DNA of 64,000 bases from the human T2T-CHM13v2.0 reference genome, Homo sapiens. This document shows positions 1 through 12,238 of this stretch, piece by piece. Numbering within the stretch: the first letter of the stretch is position 1; each line of letters opens with the position of its first letter. The stretch lies in NCBI RefSeq assembly GCF_009914755.1, contig NC_060928.1. The stretch is one strand, 5' to 3'. The translations under genes and the position numbers were made by a program. The notes beneath the pieces were generated by a model. The model worked only from the letters and a program-made list of their open reading frames with translations, searched no databases and was not told where the DNA came from.

Positions 1-733
1 TTTGAGTGAGTTTCTTAATCCCGAGTTCTAGTTCGATTGCACTGTGGTCTGACAGACAGTTTGTTATAATTTCCATTCTTTTACATTTGCTGAGGAGAGC
101 TTTACTTTCAACTATGTGGTCAATTTTGGAACAGGTGTGGTGTGGTGCTGAAAAAAATGTATATTCTGTTGATTTGGGGTGGAGAGTTCTGTAGATGTTT
201 ATTAGGTCCACTTGGTGCAGAGCTGAGTTCAATTCCTAGGTATCCTTCTTAACTTTCTGTCTCGTTCATCTGCCTAATGTTGACAGTGGGGTGTTAAAGT
301 CTCCCATTATTATTGTGTGGGAGTCTAAGTCTCTTTGTAGGTCACTCAGGACTTGCTTTATGAATCTGGGTGCTCCTGTATTGGGTGCATATATATTTAG
401 GAGAGTTAGCTCTTCTTGTTGAATTGATCCCTTTACCATTATGTAATGGCCTTCTTTGTCTCTTTTGATCTCTGTTGGTTTATAGTCTGTTTTATCAGAG
501 ACTAGGATTGCAACCCCTGCCTTTTTTTGTTTTCCATTTGCTTGGTAGATCGTCCTCCATCCTTTTATTTTGAGCCTATGTGTGTCTCTGCACAAGAGAT
601 GGGTTTCCTGAATACAGCACACTGATGGGTCTTGACTCCTTATCCAATTCGCCAGTCTGTGTCTTTTAATTGGAACATTTAGTCCATTTACATTTAAAGT
701 TAATATTGTTATGTGTGAATTTGATCCTGTCGT
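1..733 (-). pseudogene. L1 ORF2p endonuclease N-terminus, inactivated
   Basis: CCIQETHL...NIYAPNTGAP...GDFNTPLS motifs. The start codon reads ACG at 733-731 and there is a premature TGA at 268-266. Confidence 0.9.
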
Positions 734-796
734 TATGATGTTAGCTGGTTATTTTGCTCGTTAGTTGATGCAGTTTCTTCCTAGTCTCGATGGTCT

Positions 797-1812
797 TTAC
801 ATTTTGGCATGATTTTGTGGCGGCTGGTACCGGTTGTTCCTTTCCATGTTTAGTGCTTCCTTCAGGAGCTCTTTTAGGGCATGCTCGGTGGTGACAGAAT
901 CTCTCAGCATTTGCTTGTCTGTAAAGGGTTTTATTTCTCCTTCACTTATGAAGCTTAGTTTGGCTGGATATGAAATTCTGGGTTGAAAATTCTTTTCTTT
1001 AAGAATGTTGAATATTGGCCCCCACTCTCTTTGGGCTTGTAGAGTTTCTGCCAAGAGATCCGCTGTTAGTCTGATGGGCTTCCCTTTGTGGGTAACGTGA
1101 CCTTTCTCTCTGGCTGCCCTTAACATTTTTTCCTCATTTCAACTTTGGTGAATCTGACAATTATGTGTTTTGGAGTTGCTCTTCTCGAAGAGTATCTTTG
1201 TGGCGTTTTCTGTATTTCCTGAATCTGAATGTTGGCCTGCCTTGCTAGATTGGGGAAGTTCTCCTGGATAATATCCTGCAGAGTGTTTTGCAACTTGGTT
1301 TCATTTTCCCCATCACTTTCAGGTACACCAATCAGATGTAGATTTGGTCTTTTCACATAGTCCCATATTTCTTGGAGGCTTTGTTCGTTTCTTTTTATTC
1401 TTTTTTCTCTAAACTTCCCTTCTCTCTTCATTTCATTCATTTCATCTTCCATCACTGTTACCCTTTCTTCCAGTTGATCGCATCGGCTCCTGAGGCTTCT
1501 GCATTCTTCACGTAGTTCTCGAGCCTTGGCTTTCAGCTCCATCAGCTCCTTTAAGCACTTCTCTGTATTGGTTATTCTAGTTATACATTTGTCTAAATTT
1601 TTTTCAAAGTTTTCAACTTCTTTGCCTTTGGTTTGAATTTCCTCCTGTAGCTCAGAGTAGTTCGATCGTCTGAAGCCTTCTTCTCTCAACTTGTCAAAGT
1701 CATTCTCCATCCAGCTTTGTTCCATTGCTGGTGAGGAACTGCGTTCCTTTGGAGTAGGAGAGGTGTTCTGCTTTTTAGAGTTCCCAGTTTTTCTGCTCTG
1801 TTTTTTCCCCAT
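797..1812 (-). pseudogene. L1 ORF1p, frameshifted by a 1-nt deletion near 1134
   Basis: MGKKQSRKTGNSKKQ...RFTKVEM (1120-1812) continues as LRAAREKG...NHAKM (797-1126) in another frame; span is 1016 nt against the expected 1017. Confidence 0.92.
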
Positions 1813-2395
1813 CTTTGTGGTTTTATCTACTTTTGGTTCTTGATGATGGTGATGTACAGATGGGTTTTTGGTGTGGATGTCCTTTCTGCTTGTTAGTTTT
1901 CCTTCTAACAGACAGGACCCTCAGCTGCAGGTCTGTTGGAGTTTGCTAGAGGTTCACTCCAGACCCTGTTTGCCTAGGTATCAGCAGCGGTGTCTGCAGA
2001 ACAGCGGATTTTCATGAACCGCAAATGCTGCTGTCTGATCGTTCCTCTGGAAGTTTTGTCTCAGAGGAGTACCCGGCCATGTGAGGTGTCAGTCTGCCCC
2101 TACTGGGGGGTGCCTTCCAGTTAGGCTGCTCGGGGGTCAGGGGTCAGGGACCCACTTTAGGAGGCAGTCTGCCCGTTCTCAGATCTCCAGCTGCATGCTG
2201 GGAGAACCACTGCTCTCTTCAAAGCTGTCAGACGGGGACATTTAAGTCTGCAGAGGTTACTGCTGTCTTTTTGTTTGTCTGTGGCCTGCCCACAGAGGTG
2301 GAGCCTACAGAGGCAGGCAGGCCTCCTTGAGCTGTGGTGGGCTCCACCCAGTTCGAGCTTCCTGGCTGCTTTGTTTACCTAAGCAAGCCTGGGCA

Positions 2396-2971
2396 ATGGC
2401 AGGCGTCCCTCCCCCAGCCTCACTGCCGCCTTGCAGTTTGATCTCAGACTGCTGTGCCAGCAATCAGCGAGACTCCATGGGCATAGGACCCTCCGAGCCA
2501 GTTGCGGGATGTAATCTCCTGGTGCGTCATTTCCTGAGCCCGTTGGAAAAGTGCAATATTCGGGTGGGAGTGACCCGATTTTCCAGGTGCCGTCTGTCAC
2601 TCCTTTCCTTGACCAGGAAAGGGAACTCCCTGATCCCTTGCGCTTCCCGAGTGAGGCAATGCCTCGCCCTGCTTCGGCTGGTGCACGGTGTGCTGCACCC
2701 ACTGTCCTGCGCCCAGTGTCTGGCACTCCCTAGTGAGATGAACCTGGTACCTCAGATGGAAATGCAGAAATCACCCGTCTTCTGTGTCACTCACGCTGGG
2801 AGCTGTAGACCAGAGCTGTTCCTATTCGGCCATCTTGGCTCCTCCCCACCTTGTAAGGTCTTGAACAGAGGAGGGATAAAAGATAAAATTCAACTCCTGT
2901 GTTACAAACATTGTTCTAGTTTAGGAAATCATCTGAAAGAGGAGAAGAGTGATACCAGGAAGGCCAATTAG
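2396..2971 (+). CDS. L1 antisense ORF0-like reading frame, open through the L1 5' end into flanking DNA (191 aa); expression unproven
   Basis: MAGVPPPASLPPCSLISDCCASNQRDS...RVGVTRFSRC matches primate ORF0. ATG at 2396 (GCAATGG); no stop until 2971. Confidence 0.55.
   Translation: MAGVPPPASLPPCSLISDCCASNQRDSMGIGPSEPVAGCNLLVRHFLSPLEKCNIRVGVTRFSRCRLSLLSLTRKGNSLIPCASRVRQCLALLRLVHGVLHPLSCAQCLALPSEMNLVPQMEMQKSPVFCVTHAGSCRPELFLFGHLGSSPPCKVLNRGGIKDKIQLLCYKHCSSLGNHLKEEKSDTRKAN
2828..2836 (-). promoter_or_regulatory. YY1 site of the L1 internal promoter
   Basis: AAGATGGCC is intact near the L1 5' end. Confidence 0.75.
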
Positions 2972-3560
2972 GAGGTTAATGAAAAAACATTAGCCCAAAA
3001 TGATGGTGCCTTAGACCAGGGTGGCAGTCGTGAAGACGGCAAAAAGTAATTTTGTAAATATTTATATAAAGTAGAACTGCCATGATTTACTGACAAGCTA
3101 ATGTGGCGTGTAAAAGGGTTTTGGCCTGGGTAACTGACAGAATGGAGTTGCCTTTAGTCAAGATGAAGTAGAGTGAGTTTGGTTGGGGAAGGATGGAAAA
3201 TACCAGGCATTCAGTTTGAAATGCACAATTTGTCATTCAAGTAGAAGTGAAAAGTAGGCAGTTGGACATACAAATTTAAACTTCTGAAAAACTTAACAAA
3301 CTAGAGATATAAATTTAACATAATCAAAAATAGGTAGTATTCAAAGCCAAGAGTGAGCATACATAGAAGAAAGAAACCTGGGAACTCATTCCTGGAACTC
3401 CAACACATCAAAGTAAAGGAGATGAGGAAGAACTAGCAAAGAGAGTAAGAACAGCTGGAGACGCAGAAAGAAAAGCAAGAGAATACAGTGCTCTAAAGTC
3501 CAAGAAAGCTCTTCATGAAGAGTATGTGGGCCCCATATACCTGATTAGCCACGTAAAATG
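2900..3560. mobile_element. Degenerate L2 LINE fragment
   Basis: L2-like motifs (gatggtgccttagaccagggtggcag; aatggagttgcc; aggcagttggacatac). Confidence 0.5.
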
Positions 3561-3789
3561 GGGACTCAGCATGACCCAGCGGTTTCAGTCACACGGAGGG
3601 CAGAGGCAAAAATGGGCAGCCGGTATAGGCGCACGACGGACAGCACACTTCATGATGACACTTTGGAAGCAGCTTCACTGAATTTTCAGGGAAAGACAGA
3701 CATGCCCTCTTTCATCTCTTCTAGTCACAAGTGTACCAGAGCTTAACGACAACAACAACAACAAAACAGGAAAAACAAATGAAGTACAA

Positions 3790-4890
3790 GAAGTGGATGG
3801 AAAGAGGTAAAAACTCTTCTCTGCTGTTTATATGATGTCTGTATACAAAATCCAAGATAATCTACAGATAAACACTTAGAAACTGATAAGAGATTTTAAA
3901 ATGTATTAGATTCAAGATTAGCATGCTTGAATCAAACTATTCTACCATACTAAATAAAAACATACTTTTTCCATTAACTTCCTATAAGCAGTTACGTGCT
4001 GGTTACTTGAAGACAGGAAAGGAAAGAGAGACACCTGATATGCGGTGATTGCTGATTTCCAAGGTGCAACTTCTCCTCCCACAGCCCATTTGAAGCTACC
4101 AGTGTAATGTCACTGAAGCAGAACTGCCAATAGTTGCACGTAACTGGCCCTTGCAAACTGGTGTCAGCGCCAGCACACCACTGCAAATCAACTAAAATGT
4201 TGAATAAAGAAAACATCACATTCATAGATGTTATCAAAACTACAAGATCTATTTTAAAAAACTAACCAAATGGCAATAACATGCAGAGATCTTTTTTAAA
4301 AAATGTTTTAAATTAAGAATGGAATACTTCAGAAAAAGTAATACTAATGGCAGGGAAGAATTGATATTGTTGATGCCAATTCACCCCAAATAATTATAAT
4401 TTCAGCACAGTTATAATCAAATCTCAACAGAGAATCTTCAAATTCATTTGAAAGAGGAAGTGGTCAAAAATAATTGAGACAGTTTTTAAGAACAACAAGG
4501 TAGGGTGACTTGCACTACTAAAAAATAAATCCCTAAATACTTGATATTGATGTTAGGATGAACAAATAAAACAATGTAACCGAATAGAGAGCCCATAAAC
4601 AGTTATTTTTAGAAACCTGATATATACCAGATGTGGTATTACTAATTAGTGTGGAAAGAGTGGCCTCTCAATCGATGGTTCTGAGGCTATTGAATTTCCA
4701 TATGGGAAAATAAACAAAATTCAAATTTCTCTAAGACAAGAAAAAAATAATCCACCAAGAACAAACTGAACAAATTGCAAAATATAACAAAGGGTAATTA
4801 TCTCAAGTTTATAGGGAGCTCTTAAAATGAATAAATATATTAAACCAAATAGAGGGGATAAATCCACGAAAAACAATAGTTAAAGTTAGA
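3790..4890 (+). mobile_element. Ancient L1M ORF2 fragments
   Basis: A-rich degenerate ORF2 RT-to-3' motifs (atatgatgtctgtatacaaaatccaaga; aatagagagccca; tcaatcgatggttctg). Confidence 0.5.
3989..4183. mobile_element. Possible hAT-Tip100-type MITE
   Basis: Imperfect terminal inverted repeats cagttacgtgctgg / ccagcacaccactg; no clear TSD. Confidence 0.35.
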
Positions 4891-4910
4891 AAAATAAAGA
4901 GCCTATTTTC

Positions 4911-5183
4911 TTTTTTTTTTTTTTTAATTCCTTCTTAAAAAAAAACGGGATACATGTATAGAACGTGCAGGTTTGTTACATAGGTTGCGTGTGCCATGGT
5001 GGTTTGCTGCACCTGCTGACCCATCCTCTAAGCTCTCTCCCCTCACCCCCACCCTCCAGCAGGCCCTGGTGTGTGTGGTTCCCCTCTCTGTGTCCATGGG
5101 TTCTTGTTGTTCAACTCCCACTTAGGAGTGAGAACATGCGGTGTTCGGTTTTCTGTTCCTGTGTTAGTTTGCTGAGGATGATG
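4911..5183 (-). mobile_element. 5'-truncated L1PA (about PA7-PA10) 3' end
   Basis: Poly-T plus L1 3'UTR; 14-bp TSD aagagcctattttc at 4897-4910 and 5184-5197. Confidence 0.9.
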
Positions 5184-6110
5184 AAGAGCCTATTTTCATT
5201 TAAAAAATCAAAATGTATTTTAAAGTACTCAAATCCATTAAGAATGTTTAAAACTAATTTTAAATTAACAAAATACTTTTATTTCCCTATCAAAATGAAA
5301 AAAAAGTAAAAGACTGATTTTTAAAAAATCCATAATCTGTGTTCAAGAACTTATTTCTCCATACAGTAAGGGCAACTTTACAGCCAAACATATTTTCCAA
5401 ACTTGGCAGAAGTATAAATTGGCAAAACCTTTTTGGATTGAGATATACTTACGGAAATTTAAGTATACCTTCTTTGACCAAAAAATTCAAAAAGTTATCC
5501 TAAACAAAGCAGAAAAAGTATAAAGGGTCATATGTAGCCCATTTAAGTGAAGAAATGGAAAATTCTTTGATAACCAAAAAAACTAGTTCATAGAAGTTCC
5601 ATATAGTATGATGTATTTTTCATAAAACAAAAAAAAGTATGTATTTGAATGACTTAAAATTTTCTAGAAGTAACATGCAGAAGTGAGTATTTCTCCATGC
5701 TGAAGTTACGGAGTTCTGTTTTCTTGTTTATATTTTGCTGTGCTTTCTTAATTTTGCAGTATTACTCATATATTAGGATAAATCATTTTCAAAAAAATAA
5801 GCAAAGCAGACATGCACTTGGGGTTTTTATAAAATATTTTATTGACAAGTATTATTTTTAAAGTATTATTTTTAATGTATTATCTCCCACCCTAGGAGAA
5901 AATTTTGTGCCCTCTCCTAGGATGGGCTTAACTATAAGAATGTTGCAAATAAGGAAAAAGTGAGTAGTATGTACCACCACTCTCTCTATTTTGCCAACTA
6001 GCTCAGCTCCCCCTGGAGTCCTTCATGCGCATGTTCCCATTGGATGAACCTCCCACGTGATGTTTCTTGGTCTCTAAACCAATGAGTCTCCGTGAGTCAA
6101 TATCCCTACA

Positions 6111-6112
<2 letters not shown>

Positions 6113-6195
<83 letters not shown>
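6113..6195. repeat. Compound (CA)n(CT)n microsatellite
   Basis: Read directly. Confidence 0.97.
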
Positions 6196-6199
<4 letters not shown>

Positions 6200-6408
6200 T
6201 GATGACTCCTGAATCATACTGTGTATTAAAGTTGCTTATTCACATGTCATCTTCCTGGTAGACTATAAAGCCCCAGAGAATAAGACAAATGCACTATTCT
6301 TTTTATATCTCCCAGAAACAATTAACAAAATACCCTGCATATACTGATGTAAATTACTTATTTGTTGACTAAATATTGCAAGGACTTCATAGGTTTAACT
6401 TGGACTAA

Positions 6409-6731
<323 letters not shown>

Positions 6732-8373
6732 AGTTACTTTTTATACATTGAAAATAAGTAATTTTTAAAGAAATAAAAGTCCTTTTTATTTAAAAAATAA
6801 ATAATTACACAAATTATGAATGACATTGGGTTCAACTACAATTATATTTGAGAAGATTACATTTAATTGATGGATAAATGATCTGTAGTGATTTATGATT
6901 GGAAACATAAGGGACACCTTTTTTCCTATTTTTATCTGTGCCATAGAAGCCAAAAATGTTCTTTCATAAAACATACTTTGAGGCCTCTGTTAGAGACAGA
7001 CAGTAAGAATGCATGAAACAGGGTCTACTCTAATACATCAATTTCTTAGTTATCATGAAGTATTTTATTTGCTGGATACAAAGAGATTGATGTATAAACT
7101 AAATTGATAATAACAGCTACCATTTACTAAAAACCTGCCACGCTGAGTGTCTTGTGTTCATTCTCTCCAACCCCATAAAAAACCTTGTTGTATAGTGAGG
7201 GAAGGAGCAGATATTCTAACTAAGCTCTATTAACTGCAAAACCAAAACTCTCAACCAATAGATCCACTTTTTTACAGATATACTAAAAGCAGTTTAGTAG
7301 CAATTTCAGCAATGTAGTCAAAGTTTCTGGTGCTATGTCTTCAAATTTTCATGGATCATAACACATCTGCAGTACAGTTGTGATCAAATTATTATATCCA
7401 CTGCATTTACCAAAAATAAAATGATACACAAAAAGTCCTCAGGAAAACTATTCTCTTGAAATATCTTTATAGTGATGCCTGGGGGAAAATCTCGTTTAGC
7501 TAAAGTGCTGTTTGTAATTAGCATGGCATTCCCTTTTACGTCTAAAAATAGAATTACAATCATCATTTTAACACTATATATACATTGGTCTAGCTTTTAT
7601 ATTTTATTTGGATGAAAATAGAATAGCAAAAAAGTCCATGTTTTCTCAAAAATACTTACGATGAAAGCTGGATGTATTAACACATATCTAGCTTATAAAA
7701 CTAGCTACCCAATAGAGTATAATGAAATATTGTTCCTTTATTTAGCAATTGCTTTTTATCTAGGGGCACAGATCACTGACGAAACTATAAGAAAACAATG
7801 CAATGCAACTGCTATTTCAGTCTTGCATGTGCCCGGGTGTAATTAACAAATGTATCATATGTAAACAATTACATACTTCATAGTACAATTCCAAACTCAA
7901 ATCTCACATTTTAGAGACCTACCTTTAGAAAAGCTCTTTCTTTTCTTTAGATTTGATCATACTGCTTCAGAAACACTGTAAGTTTCACAGGGAAAGGATT
8001 ATTTTGCAAAGTTGCAGATCCAATACATTGCTTTGGTTTTACATACAAAGTAAGTATGGGAAAATTTATCATGCAAATAAAGAGGTTCAACAAAATATCA
8101 TACAGGTATCTTCTATTCATTTTTGTCCAGCACTTTGTAATTTGAGTGACACGTCCTGGCCAGGCAATGCACTATGTGGCAAGAGTGTAGATTCAGGAAC
8201 TAGATCATCTGGATATCACGCAGCTTCATGACAAGCACATTGGTCTCCAGGACTGCATTGTGGGTGACCCTAATAAACTTACTCAGATATTTGAATAGCT
8301 TCTCTATTGTTTGATAGAGAAAAAAGAATGGCTGGACATAACACCAATTTTTGATTACCAAAGCTACAATTCT

Positions 8374-8671
8374 TTGTTTTGGGTTTTCTTGAGACAGGGT
8401 CTCACTCTGTCGCCAGCTAGAATGCAGTGGCACAATCCCAGCTCAGTGCAGCCTCAACCTCCAGGGCTCAAGTGATCCTCCCACCTCAGCCTCCTGAGTA
8501 ACTGGGACTACAGATGTACACCACCACGCCCAGGTAATTTTTAAATTTTTTTGTAGAGATAAGAGTCTCACTATGTTGCTCAGGCTGGTCTCACACACCT
8601 GGGTTCAAGCAGTCTCCCTCCTTGGCCCCTCAAAGTGCTGGGACTACAGATGTGAACCGTCGTGCCCGGCC
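8374..8671 (-). mobile_element. AluJ
   Basis: Diverged dimer with J-type gggctcaagtgatcctcccacc. Confidence 0.88.
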
Positions 8672-9729
8672 CAAAGAATTACAAATCTTAACCTTTATCC
8701 GAAGTCTAATGAATTTGATATAATGCTTTATTGAGGATAAAAGAATTAATTTCAGCTAATTATCTTCAAAAAGGATTTTTATTTAAAAATTCTGTCCTTG
8801 CATACATTTTCTGGACATAAGCTAGGACATCATTTCGGTCTGATTTTGGTTACAAAGTGCACAGGCGCCGCTTCAATCTGCTAATCAAGCTTTAATGTGT
8901 CGTGTTATGTTGCTCTCAAATTGTGAACATACGGTAGTTTATAAATAAACGTCTCAAGGACTTAGTTTCTGAAGATTACGGAGCTGGAAGAGCTACTCAG
9001 AGAAACTGAAATACCTTCTAAAATGTATTTTCAAGTTTCTTCTTAAATCTTCAAATTGGATTATTAGAGAGAAAGCATGAATAGATCTGCTTCTTCCCTT
9101 TGGGGATTGAGAGAGGTTTCGTGTCTTTAAGAAGCCTCTTGAAATATACAGATTTATTTAATATATGTCAGAATCTAGAGAGAATTATGATATCAAATGC
9201 TTTTTCGGAAATGCAGTGTATATAATAGAGAATATGATATTGTTTTCTGAACTTCTTTCCTACATCCTACGATATTCAAAGAGTAATTCAGCATGGCCTC
9301 CAGCCCTGCAGCTCATCCCTGTGCATTTTGGATTCAAGGACTCCAGCCTGCAGTGGCCAACAGGAAATACAGTAATTGTGATCTTGCTCTTTGAAGATGG
9401 GATGATAATTATCACAGAACTCATAGGAAATGTCTTTTTTGCTCTATAGACTGTGAGATTATGCGTATCTTTTAGTAGTTTATTCCCTGAATCCTTAAAA
9501 ATTAATTTAAGTTTACCATCAGATTTTAGATTTTCCTCTATTCCTACCTTTGGTTATGACATCAGTTTTGTGAACAAAGTAAACTCAATACATTATAAAA
9601 TGCTGAAGTAACATATCATTTTCCCTAAGGCTTACCTCTTTTATTTGATTTAAGGAAAATTTTTTATTTTCTGTGGGGGCTTAGTGCATTGATGTGGAGA
9701 AATTCATCCTTCTTGGTTTTTGTATTCTT

Positions 9730-9844
9730 TTTTTTTTTTTTTTGAGACGGAGTTTCACTCTTGTTGCCCAGGCTGGAGTGCAGTGGCGTGGTCTCGGCTC
9801 ACTGCAACCTGCGCCTCCTGGATTCAAGCGATTCTCTTGCCCCA
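9730..9844 (-). mobile_element. 5'-truncated AluS (partial right arm)
   Basis: Poly-T plus right-arm sequence; 15-bp TSD ggtttttgtattctt at 9715-9729 and 9845-9859. Confidence 0.9.
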
Positions 9845-10840
9845 GGTTTTTGTATTCTTAAAGGCCAAAACATATGTCTGGATGGCCTCATGCTCATCTG
9901 TGCACACCATGGCAGAACCCAGTACATTGTTTTGTTTACATCCCCCCAAAATAGTGAAAAAAATGAAGCACCACCATTTTTATCTTGAGCACCTCTTCAC
10001 TGTTCTTAACGCATTTGGGCGGTAGCAGAAAAGATCATTCCCCAAAACCTTGCTAAGCACGTTGTCCAGGTGGGGAGAGTATTACTGCTCAGTTTTCCAG
10101 TTACAGGTGCTCTAGTATCTTTCTTCTAATTTAGGCATCACTGGCAACAATCAACTTGTCAGATTTATATAGTAGATGAAAATGGAAAAGAGAAAAATCG
10201 AGTCCAAGGCTGCTTTTATTCTGAAGTTTAAATGGCAGCTATTATCATTTTATGTAGCCCATTATGTAGGAATGATGTCTAGGACTGTACAGTTTCATCA
10301 TGAGTTTCCATGAGCTTCTTTTCATTTTTACATCTTTTATTTTAATCAGTGGGAAATCACGATATTAGAGATTCCACTGGTGCCCTGAAAGACATGCTTT
10401 GTGAAATTTTTGTTTCAAAACATTATTTCAAAATAAATAATGTATACTTAATTCAGCACCAGGACCCATGATTAGATGCAAATGAGATGACATGAAATAT
10501 CTTTACTGTGCTATTTACATTCATATATGTTTACTTGTACTTTAAATCCTATAACAAAATTATGTAAGTAAACCCAAAGTATAATGTTTAGAGAAAATTA
10601 GTTCTTCACACTTCAATATTTATGAAGTACAACTTTTTGTAAACATGGAAAATTGAAAAATGTCATTGAAATTAACCTGTAGAATAATATGGATTAAATA
10701 AATGCTATTGCTGTTCCTCTGACTTTAAAAAATCAAAAGCACTTTCTAGATTAATCTGAGTAATCACAGGCCGCTTAAAGTAGCCAGGAATATAAAGTGG
10801 AACAACCAACCTCAGTTCCCTGCATCCGAAGGTTTAGACC

Positions 10841-11207
10841 TATTTTAGTTCATCTCACGCTGCTACAACGAAATTCCACAGACTAGGTAATTTATAATGA
10901 GCAGAAATTTATTTGGCTCAAAGTTTTGGAGTCTGGGAAGTCCACAATTGAGAAAATGCATCTGCATCTGGTGAGGGACTTCTGTTGTGTCATAACATGG
11001 CAGAAAGCATCACGTGGGGAGAGAGAGGAGGAGGCCAAACTCATCCTTTTACAAGGAACTAACTCCTGAAACAGTGGCATCAATCCATTCATGAGAGGGA
11101 AGCCCTCATGACCTAACCATCTGTGATGGTCCCACTTTTCCACACTGCTGGATTGAGGATTATGTTTCTAACCCGTGAACCTTGGGTGACGCATTTAAAC
11201 CCTAGCA
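10841..11207 (-). mobile_element. MLT1A0-type MaLR solo LTR
   Basis: MLT1A motifs; flanks agacc/acacc form a degenerate 5-bp TSD. Confidence 0.8.
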
Positions 11208-11248
11208 ACACCCTAGCTGATTCACAGATATTTATGCTAAAGCCTAGT

Positions 11249-11637
11249 TGATACAGTTTGATATTTGTTCCCTCAAAATCCCACGTTGAAATGTGATCCC
11301 CAATGTTGGAAGTGCAGTCTAGTGGGAGGTATTTGGTTCATGGGAGTGGATTCCTCAGAATGGCTTGATGCCCTCCCTGTAGTAATGAGTTTACACAAGA
11401 GCTGGTTGCTCAAAACATCCTGACATCTCTCTTGCTTCCTCCCTCACCGTGTGACACATCTGCTCCTCCTTCGCCTTCCACCATAAGCGGAAGCTTCCGG
11501 AAGCCTCACCAGAAGCTGAGCAGATGCTGGAGCCATGCTTGTACAGCCTGCAGAACTGTGAGCCAAATAAACTTCTTTTCTTTAAAAATTACCCAGCCTC
11601 AGGTATTACTGTGTAGGAATGCAAATGGACTAACACA
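11249..11637 (+). mobile_element. MSTB-type MaLR solo LTR
   Basis: TG...CA ends, MST motifs, AATAAA, perfect 5-bp TSD ctagt. Confidence 0.88.
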
Positions 11638-12106
11638 CTAGTTATTTTCAGATATTTGTAAGTATTATCATCCTTCATCCAAATACAATTTTTAACATAT
11701 TTTAAATGAAAATAATTTAAGAAATATGGAGCTGGATAGTAAAAGAGAAAAAAATGTTATCTTAATATAATTTTAGTGGGTTTATACATCAAACATTAAG
11801 TGGGAGAGGTCTTTAAGCACTTGCACAAGGCTGAAAAACAAGGAAAAGGAAGTTACCTCGTAGATGTCTAACAGAGATGCAGAACTGATCTGCAGCAGCA
11901 GTTAGGACAAAGGCAATCATATATGGAAAAGCAGATAATATGATTTTTAAAGCTTTGAGACATTTCCAATTTGGAGTAACAGAATGTTAGCCAGCACGTG
12001 CCAATACAGCCTTGCCAGTTACTTATTGCTGACATTCATTCTGATTAGCCCATTATTAGCCTGAGCTGAGCTGATTAGTGTAGTTTACATCTCCCTGGGT
12101 TAACTA

Positions 12107-12238
12107 CAGCCCATCCTCATTATTTGCAGATTCCAGATTTATGAATTTGCCTGCTCACTAAAATGGATTTGTAACCCTCAAATCAATACTCCCAAGTGCT
12201 TTCCTGGTCATTTATGGACATGCACAGAGAGGGGAAAT
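12107..12238. mobile_element. MER82 (Tigger-family) terminal fragment
   Basis: TA plus cagcccatcctcattatttgcagattcc...gtaaccctcaaatcaatact matches the recalled MER82 end; cut off by the L1PB tail. Confidence 0.65.

Larger units (their letters stand above)
1..2847 (-). mobile_element. LINE-1 (L1PA3/L1PA4-type) 5' part: 5'UTR, ORF1 and start of ORF2; continues beyond the window start
   Basis: Minus strand begins GGGGAGGAGCCAAGATGGCCGAATAGG at 2847. ORF1 and ORF2 translations match L1. The 5'UTR is about 1035 bp, so it retains the 129-bp segment lost in L1PA2/L1HS. Confidence 0.95.

Noticed and set aside
1-2847. Retrotransposition-competent L1
   Set aside because: ORF1 frameshift, ORF2 ACG start and an early stop codon.
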